A DNA stretch of 57,407 nt, filler included, from Squatina squatina (lineage: Eukaryota), in NCBI GenBank assembly GCA_031763465.1. It is 3 parts of 3 records of this genome, joined end to end, with 100 filler letters (N's around TTAATTAATTAA, not from the genome) between each part and the next. Parts side by side here need not be neighbours in the genome. Positions count along the whole stretch, not along the records: positions 30,079 to 57,407 come from JARFOE010000079.1; 2 more parts are not named here. The stretch is one strand, 5' to 3'. The position numbers were made by a program, and so were the translations under genes. Positions 50,055-57,407 of this stretch are shown here, one piece after another. Position 1 is the first letter of the stretch; every line of letters begins with the position of its first letter. The notes under the pieces are model-generated. The model ran no database searches. It saw only the letters and a list, made by a program, of their open reading frames with translations, and was not told the origin of the DNA.

Positions 50055-50267
50055 GCAATCTACAGACAGGCCATTCGGCCCATCGTGTCTGTGCAGGCCC
50101 AAAAAGAGATATCCAGCCTAATCCCACTTTCCTGTAGGTCATCCAAGTACTTTTTAAAGGTTATGAGGGTTTCTGCCCCTACCACGCTTCCAGGCAGTGA
50201 GTTCCAGATCCCCACCACCCTCTGGGTGAAAAAAGTTCTCAACCCCCCCTCCAATCCTTCTACCAAT
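50055..50267 (-). mobile_element. CR1 3' end
   Basis: FFTQRVVGIWNSLPGSVVGAETLITFKKYLD. Confidence 0.85.
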
Positions 50268-50367
50268 NNNNNNNNNNNNNNNNNNNNNNNNNNNNNNNNN
50301 NNNNNNNNNNNNNNNNNNNNNNNNNNNNNNNNNNNNNNNNNNNNNNNNNNNNNNNNNNNNNNNNNNN

Positions 50368-51264
50368 CCCAATGGCGACGGGCACCACCTGCTAATATTC
50401 CTCAGCTTTCTGTTGGTTTATGTGATCATCCTCGCGGCCAATCTAACCATTATGTTCTTGGTCAAGACGGAGTCCCATCTGCACAGTCCTATGTATTACT
50501 TGCTCTGCATTCTCGCCGGCATCGACATCATTCTGAGCAGCGTGACCATTCCCAAGATTTTAGCCATGTACTCGTTTCAGTCCAGCTCGATTTCCCTGGA
50601 GGCCTGCGTCACCCAGATGTTCTTTGTCTACTGCACGGCGTTGAGTGAATCGACGCTTCTGGTCGCCATGGCTTATGACCGGTATGTGGCTATTTGCCAG
50701 CCCTTCAGCTACCACAAGCTGAAGTTCCAACACCTTATCCTGGTGGTGGCCCTGGTTATTTTCCTCCGAGCCGTGTGTTTCGTCGCAGTGGCAGTGTTGC
50801 TGACCCAAGCCACGTACTGCGGCTCCAACTTTATCCAGAATTGCTACTGCAATTACGGTTCTCTCTCCAAGCTGGCCTGTGGCGGCGTGACTGCGAGCGA
50901 TGCCATCACCTACCCCTTGTCCTTTCTCATCACGTTACCAGACAGTTCCCTCATTGCCCTTTCCTACGTCAAGATTTTCAAAGTGGCCTTTAACGCCGGG
51001 CAGGGCGAGGCCCGTAGCAAAGCTCTCAACACCTGCACCACCCATTTCTGCATCCTGATGCTGTTCTACACCAGCGCTCTGTTCGAGTTCACCATGTATC
51101 TTGTCCCCAGCCTCTTCTCTCCCGAGCTCCATTTCGTGGTGGCTGTCACCTTCGCGATTTTCCAACCCGTCTTCAACCCCATCATATACGGCGTGAGGAT
51201 GAAAGAAATCAGGAACAGCTTCCTGAAACTGCTGGGCAGGCAGAGAGTTAGAGATGGACCGTGA
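50368..51264 (+). CDS. Olfactory receptor (OR-family GPCR), intronless, N-terminus lost in gap
   Basis: Frame open from the contig edge (PNGDGHHLLIFLSFLLVY...). OR motifs LHSPMY, MAYDRYVAICQP, SY.KIF, KALNTCTTH and PVFNPIIYGVRMKEIR; no internal stops. Confidence 0.95.
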   Translation, partial: PNGDGHHLLIFLSFLLVYVIILAANLTIMFLVKTESHLHSPMYYLLCILAGIDIILSSVTIPKILAMYSFQSSSISLEACVTQMFFVYCTALSESTLLVAMAYDRYVAICQPFSYHKLKFQHLILVVALVIFLRAVCFVAVAVLLTQATYCGSNFIQNCYCNYGSLSKLACGGVTASDAITYPLSFLITLPDSSLIALSYVKIFKVAFNAGQGEARSKALNTCTTHFCILMLFYTSALFEFTMYLVPSLFSPELHFVVAVTFAIFQPVFNPIIYGVRMKEIRNSFLKLLGRQRVRDGP

Positions 51265-51312
51265 ATTAATTAATCCGCTGTAAGCGCTTTCTTTTTCAGT
51301 AGTCTGTCCGTG

Positions 51313-51389
51313 ACATAGAAACATAGAAACATAGAAAATAGGTGCAGGATAGGCCATTAGGCCCTTCGAGCCTGCACCGCCATTCAATA
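51313..51389 (-). mobile_element. CR1-type 3' tail with (acatagaa)n
   Basis: acatagaaacatagaaacatagaaaataggtgcagga...; the same tail is at 28448-28524 and 29924-29978. Confidence 0.85.
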
Positions 51390-52388
51390 NNNNNNNNNNN
51401 NNNNNNNNNNNNNNNNNNNNNNNNNNNNNNNNNNNNNNNNNNNNNNNNNNNNNNNNNNNNNNNNNNNNNNNNNNNNNNNNNNNNNNNNNCATTAAATGAA
51501 GACTCGTCCCTGCAGTTTGTGCAGCAAAGCCTTGACCGAGTTCAGAGTATTCAGCATCTCGACACGCAAGGATCCCAAGATCTCCTGAAGTTAACAATTC
51601 GGTACGAATTTGCAGTGATCCAATTGCTCGGGTTTTTTTCCCCTGTCATCTTGTCCGATCATGTTGGTGTATAGAGCTGGAATTTTGCCAGCGCTCAGAG
51701 GGCGGGTTTGGAGGCGGACCCCCTGGCAAAATGGTCCTGATTGACAGCAGGTCGGGATCCCACTCCAAACCCGCCCCCTTGTAAGTTTCTCAGCTGTCAG
51801 GTTTGCCGGTGGATCGCAAACCTGACACCAAGTGGCAGGCCAGTTAGTTAAAATATTTATCAGGTAATTAAAGTGTTTCAGAGGATTAAAAGCAGATACT
51901 TAACATTTTACCAAACTGCTGCCCGGTTTCCCGTCGCTCCTGGAACACGCCAGGTAAGTGTGTCGGGTTCTCTGTCAGTCTCCATTCCTTTTACTAGTTG
52001 ACAGTTTGCAGTGAACTCTGCTTGCCAAGCAGAGTTCACTNNNNNNNNNNNNNNNNNNNNNNNNNNNNNNNNNNNNNNNNNNNNNNNNNNNNNNNNNNNN
52101 NNNNNNNNNNNNNNNNNNNNNNNNNNNNNNNNNNNNNNNNGAAAATTTTGCAAACACATATCAATTTAATACAATCACCGTTGTAATATTTTGCATATTG
52201 CTGTAACAATGATTTTGTGTGTTTTCTCAGCTTAATCTATCTCTGCTTTATTATAATGCGATTCAGTTATTGCAATGAAGCACAATTAAATGTGACCTTA
52301 TTGTGAGCAACTTTTTTTCTTAGTTATTTCTGCCAGAATGGAGACAAAACTCTTGTGTTGATTTGTCCTAACTTCACAGATCACATGA

Positions 52389-52553
<165 letters not shown>

Positions 52554-52743
52554 TAGTTGTTTGGGAAAACGTTTGCAAAGATTGTTCAAGTTGGGCAGAT
52601 GTGACATGGTTCTGTTTGATCAGATCCACTGTTTTGCCTGCAATTAATTTCCTTGAAGAGGGCTTCCCAATATGATCACCCAAAAATCAGATGTATTTGA
52701 TTAAACAACATAAAACTGGCGGAGTAGAAATCTCTCAGCTGTA

Positions 52744-52748
<5 letters not shown>

Positions 52749-52778
<30 letters not shown>
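52749..52778. repeat. (GT)15 microsatellite
   Basis: Perfect gt run. Confidence 0.95.
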
Positions 52779-52782
<4 letters not shown>

Positions 52783-53569
52783 TAAGATTGTTGCATTTAA
52801 TTAGTTAGAATGAAAATCGGGAAAGGTTTGCTGGAATAGAAACATTTAAAAACACACACTGAAGCATTTAATGTTGTAAATGTTTTGGGACATGTCTTTT
52901 TAACACTTTTAAAGCTACTTTTAAAGTAGTATTTCAGTAGCAGCTATTAATTGTGGATATAGAAGCAGTTAAATGGTAAAAACTTAAGCTTCTCGGATAA
53001 TGTCAGGCTGATTCTTGGTACCAATTCTTTATACTCCTGCCCACAAAATAGAAGTACTCTGAACTATTCTGCCGTACAAAGTTTTGGAGGCAGTCACCTG
53101 TATCTTTTCTATTAGACAGGATAATAGCGCACACAGCAGAGAAAATCAACCTGCAAAGCTTGCTGACTGTCTCCTGCCCGACGTTAATTTCTCTCCCCCT
53201 GTCCCTACTAGGACAGCCATTGGCCAACTCTTTCCTGCTCACTGCATGCAAGGAAGCGGAACTTGAATTCCCAGCCGATTTCCCTCTCATCTACTCCCTT
53301 TCCCCTCACTGTCCAGGACTTTAGGGTGAACCCTAATGGGAAAGATGGGAAAGTCCTGAGGTCTTCTAATGGAGAGAGAGCATCCGGTTGTGGCCTGATC
53401 CCTTACCTGTTGAAGGCCTTGTTAAAAATTTGCTGCAGTTGTCAGAGTTTTTCCACCCTTTTAAGTGGCCTCCTGTCTCTTCTGGTGCTACAGCATTGTC
53501 TGGATTTCCATCAGTGCCACTGATCAGTACTGTCATTTGAGAGTTTTCAAATGTAAGAACGAATATATT

Positions 53570-54288
53570 GGCTCAGATTTTGCATTGAGGATAATGGTGA
53601 GGCTCACCGTTATTGTGGAGCAAATTGGAGAGCAACTTCTGGAGTCTGCACATGCGCAGTTAAACGCAGAAATCTGGAAATTGCTGTCCGATTTGCCCTG
53701 CTCCTCCACAAGCTTCGCTACACGTGTACCTCGGCATTCACATACATGCAAGGGCATGAATTTGCTAGACTCACCCACTAGTTGCCCAGTAAACATGGCA
53801 AAAAATGTTACAGCAGGTGCATTCAGGTGTAAGTGATTTTTTAACGCCGTGATAACTCATAATTATTGCCAAACCTCCTCTCTGGCACTAATAATTTAAT
53901 TTTGTAAGTGTGAAGTCTCATTCCTTCAGAATTTATTTACTGTTGGAGACTTTTTTAAAAATAAAATATTTTTTTTAATTTTTCTTTCTGTCTCTTATCT
54001 CTCTCTTAATCCTATCTTTCTAACTCTCTTTATTTTACAGTGAATTAAATACTCTAATTTATACTTCCTGGTTTGGACTGCATGGTGCAGTAAGGATTCT
54101 TCAATCTGATTAGTTGAAGAGCCTTGCTGTTGCTTACCCTGCTCATACATGCCATAGATCCCCTGTAGAGGGCGCAGCGCTGGATTAGATGCCGAAAACC
54201 TCAAAAGCCTGTGAAAACTTTGTGGGCAGCTGTCAGCACAATGAAGATCGAGCACCTTCCCTTTGCCTCTGACTGTAAAATTCAGGCC
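53570..54288. mobile_element. Old MITE-like element with degenerate TIRs
   Basis: Left end ggctcagattttgcattgagg; right end reverse complement ggcctgaattttacagtcagagg. Confidence 0.45.
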
Positions 54289-55291
54289 TTTGTGACTTAA
54301 AACATGACCACTTTCAGATCTGCCACATTTGAATTGTGCCTGAAGAAAGCATTTTGACCTATATGACATTCGAATGAACTACTGGTAGTCAGTGGTCTGT
54401 TACTGGTGGCAGCAAATAGAGATGAAGAGATTATCAAGCACTAAATTGGCACCAATATGCTTAAAATAAACCTAATAATCCGAGCATATCCTTTCACCTA
54501 ATAATTCCACAATTATAACACTGTCTGCATTTCTATATTCAATATTCAATATATGTTGCTCTGTAGCCATCTATATAACTGTACAACAGAAAATGATTTT
54601 GAATTAAGCAGTTGCCTCCAGAGGTCACAGTTGAACTAGGTCTAGAAATTCAAAAGTATAATTAACAATGTTACAATAACTACACACATATTGCACTCGA
54701 TTACAACTCTGCATATTTCTCTCAACTTCCAGATAACCTTTCACACATACATTCTTCAGTACAAAATGTAGGATTATAGAAAGAATCTTAAAATGTGAAC
54801 AATTTTCCAGTAATTACAGCAGTCAACTTCATTAAACTAAACAATTGCCATGTAAATATTTCTACCAAATTAATAGAAACATTTTTTAATCTAGATCTAC
54901 AGTCTTTAATATAAAAGCAGTACTTTCTGGCCAGGGCTCACATGGTAAAATCTGAGTGTTAACTCTAATATCACAAACCTCACTCCATCAAGTCTAAGGA
55001 GCAAAACTCGAGCACACCTGGCACACAACTAACTTAAACCATCCATCGCCAGATCTTGATGGCCTGTATTAAGCTCCAGCACGCTTGCTTTTGTCTACCA
55101 AAACGGTCCAGTAGTCTCAGACCATTCTGGAGAACAAAGATCATCAACCCCAGGGTCCTTTTTTCTACTCTTAACTGCTGCCTTAAACCCTNNNNNNNNN
55201 NNNNNNNNNNNNNNNNNNNNNNNNNNNNNNNNNNNNNNNNNNNNNNNNNNNNNNNNNNNNNNNNNNNNNNNNNNNNNNNNNNNNNNNNNNN

Positions 55292-55480
55292 TAGATTAAA
55301 GTCACCCATGATAACTGTTGTACCTTTATTGCACACATCCCTAATTTCCTGTTTGATTCCATCCCCAATCTCACTACCACTGTCTGGTGGCCTGTCCACA
55401 ACTCCCACTAGCGTTTTCTGCCCCTTAGTGTTTCGCAGCTCCACCTATACAGATTCCACACCATCCAAGCTGATGTCCTT
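55292..55480 (-). mobile_element. CR1 APE fragment
   Basis: ELRNTKGQKTLVGVVDRPPDSG...VIMGDFNL. Confidence 0.88.
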
Positions 55481-55649
55481 ATGTGAAGGTAACTACAGAA
55501 CGTATGGCTTCAAAATGATAACTTGATTACTTCTGTGCACTCTAGTGCACTTACTGTCAGCCATCTAACCCTTCTCCACATGAAGTATATAAATAGGCTT
55601 GATTTCTGCAGCATGGCACTACTCTTTGCCTGTGAAGATGTAATGTGTC

Positions 55650-56090
55650 AGCAGTGGCTCAGTGAGTAGCACACCCTCCTCTGAGTCAGAAGGTTGTGGG
55701 TTCAAGTCCCACTCCAGCGACTTGCGCACAAATCTATGACACTCCCAGTGCAGTACTGAGAGTGTGCTGCACTGTCAGAGGTGCCGTCTTTCGGATGAGA
55801 CACTAAACCGAGGTCCCGTCTGCTCTCTAAGGTGGATGTAAAAAAAAATCCCATGGTACTGTTTCGAAGAGGAGCAGGGGAGTTCTCACTGGTGTCCTGG
55901 CCAACATTTATCACTCAATTGAAACAGATGATCTGGTCTTGTCCCATTGCTGTTTGTGGGAGCTTGCTGTGCGCAAATTGGTTGCCGCGTTTCCCAAATT
56001 AGACTCCAAAAGTACCTCATTGGCTGTAAAGTGCTTTGGGATGTCCGGTGGTCGTGAAAGGCGATATAGAAATGCAAGTCTTTCTTCAAT
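55650..56090 (+). mobile_element. Near full-length Deu-domain tRNA SINE (SacSINE1-like)
   Basis: A box gtggctcagtgagtagc, B box gggttcaagtccc, core cattgctgtttgtgggagcttgctgtgcgcaaattggttgccgcgtttcc, and L2-like tail tgtaaagtgctttgggatgt...aaaggcgatatagaaatgcaagt. Confidence 0.85.
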
Positions 56091-56146
56091 TGGATTTGTT
56101 CTATGTAAAATAAATCCTTAAACCAGCTCCTTCTTGTTTCCGACAG

Positions 56147-56238
56147 TTCCCCAGCCATTGGTGGACCTTCACCTGAAGTTGATGAGGAAGATTGGGAAGT
56201 CTGTGAGCTTTGATCGATGGGAAAAGTACGTTCTCAGG
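56147..56238 (+). CDS. RSF1: RSF1 exon in the N-terminal (DDT) region
   Basis: cgacag|TT CCC...AGG|gtaaac, 92 bp. PQPLVDLHLKLMRKIGKSVSFDRWEKY(V/L)LR vs recalled human PKELVELHLKLMRKIGKSVTADRWEKYLIK. Confidence 0.88.
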
Positions 56239-56589
56239 GTAAACTACTTTACATTGNNNNNNNNNNNNNNNNNNNNNNNNNNNNNNNNNNNNNNNNNNNN
56301 NNNNNNNNNNNNNNNNNNNNNNNNNNNNNNNNNNNNNNNNNNNNNNNNNNNNNNNNCTGAAGTTGATGAGGAAGATTGGGAAGTCTGTGAGCTTTGATCG
56401 ATGGGAAAAGTACCTTCTCAGGGTAAACTACTTTACATTGTTCCTGCTATAGTCTTAATGTCATTCAGAATTGATCATGTGAGAACAGATTAAACTAGTA
56501 AAACTAGCAGTGCCCATCTCCTTTTGAAATGGTGTCCTAGATGAGAGCAGTTTTTAAAAAAAAAAGCTCTGTGAGGTCATCCAAAAGTC

Positions 56590-57175
56590 TGCTGCCCGTG
56601 TCCTAACTCGCACCAAGTCCTGTTCACCCATCACCCCCTGTGCTCGCTGACTTACATTGGGCTCCCGGTCCGGCATCACCTTAATTTTAAAATTCTCATC
56701 CTTGTTTTCAAATCCCTCCCTGGCCTCGCCCTTCCTAGCTCTGCAACCTCCTCCAGCCCTACAACTCTCCGAGATACCAGCGATCGTCCAATTCTGGTCT
56801 CTTTTAATTTTAATTTCTCCTCCATTGGCAGCTGCCTTGGCCCTAAGCTCTGGTATCCCTCCCTAGACCTCTCCGCTTCACTACCAATGTTACCTCTAAT
56901 TTTTGGTGGAGGCCGTGCAGCTCATTCAAGATTCGGCGCTTGATCATTTTTTCCATTTAAAAGCCGGTAAGCCAGCTGTGTGGGATATCCAGAGTGCTGC
57001 GTGGCCACTTAGCTTAAAGAAAGCACTGCTGGTTCTTCTCTTTTAAGACGCTCCTTAAAACCGACATCTTTGACTGAGCTTGTACTTATGTGCTCGGTGT
57101 CAAATTTTGTTTGATAATGTTCCTGTGAAGCATCTTGGGACATTTACGTTAAAGGTGTTTTATAAAGTTGTTACT
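56590..57175 (+). mobile_element. L2 3' end with a MITE insertion at 56885-57028
   Basis: L2 sequence is interrupted by caatgttacctctaa...ttaaagaaagcactg, which resembles the TIRs of the 37269-37375 MITE. Confidence 0.8.
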
Positions 57176-57407
57176 TTTCATTTTCTTTCGATTACAAGTC
57201 AAGATGAAACTTGTGCTATATAAGAAATGAGAGGGGAAAAGGAGAAGCCTGAGGGGATGACGCAATGCACTGTTGAAAGGGAAGAGTGTTATTGACGGCA
57301 CCCTGTAGGTCACCTCCTTGTAGGCTGTACATAATTGGCCTTGGTGAATGTAAAAACAAATAATGAGCACAATACGCCTACAATGAGTCATCGACTTCTT
57401 TGTCTGC

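Noticed and set aside
55650-55720. tRNA gene (also at about 21716 and 26965)
   Set aside because: A/B boxes run straight into SINE bodies with no complete cloverleaf; these are SINE heads.

Overview
Eukaryotic, not prokaryotic: fragmented vertebrate genomic DNA. The repeat content (CR1 and L2 LINEs, Deu-domain tRNA SINEs, Penelope-like elements) points to a cartilaginous fish, probably a shark; this is an inference. The window is a chain of dozens of short contigs joined mostly by 100-N spacers. Two spacers carry an artificial N44-TTAATTAATTAA-N44 linker and split the window into three blocks. Block 1 (1-14609) holds an SLC6A4-like exon, then ABCC1(-), CEP20/FOPNL(+) and MYH11(+) in the human 16p13.11 order and orientation. 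Block 2 (14710-29978) holds two CTNNBL1 exons. Block 3 (30079-57407) holds WDR73, a highly atypical RhoG-like GTPase, canonical RHOG, TRPC2, RRM1, CCKBR, FHIP1B/FAM160A2, a 3.7-kb 28-bp satellite, an olfactory receptor, a TRPS1 GATA-finger exon and an RSF1 exon; RHOG, TRPC2, RRM1, CCKBR, FHIP1B and class I OR genes all lie at human 11p15.4. The main candidates for novelty are (1) an intact RhoG paralog with G12E, G60P and a remodelled switch II, and (2) a satellite whose monomer matches an internal segment of the Deu-SINE found in the same window. Gene calls rest on my own translation, GT-AG boundaries and recalled protein sequences; no database search was run.
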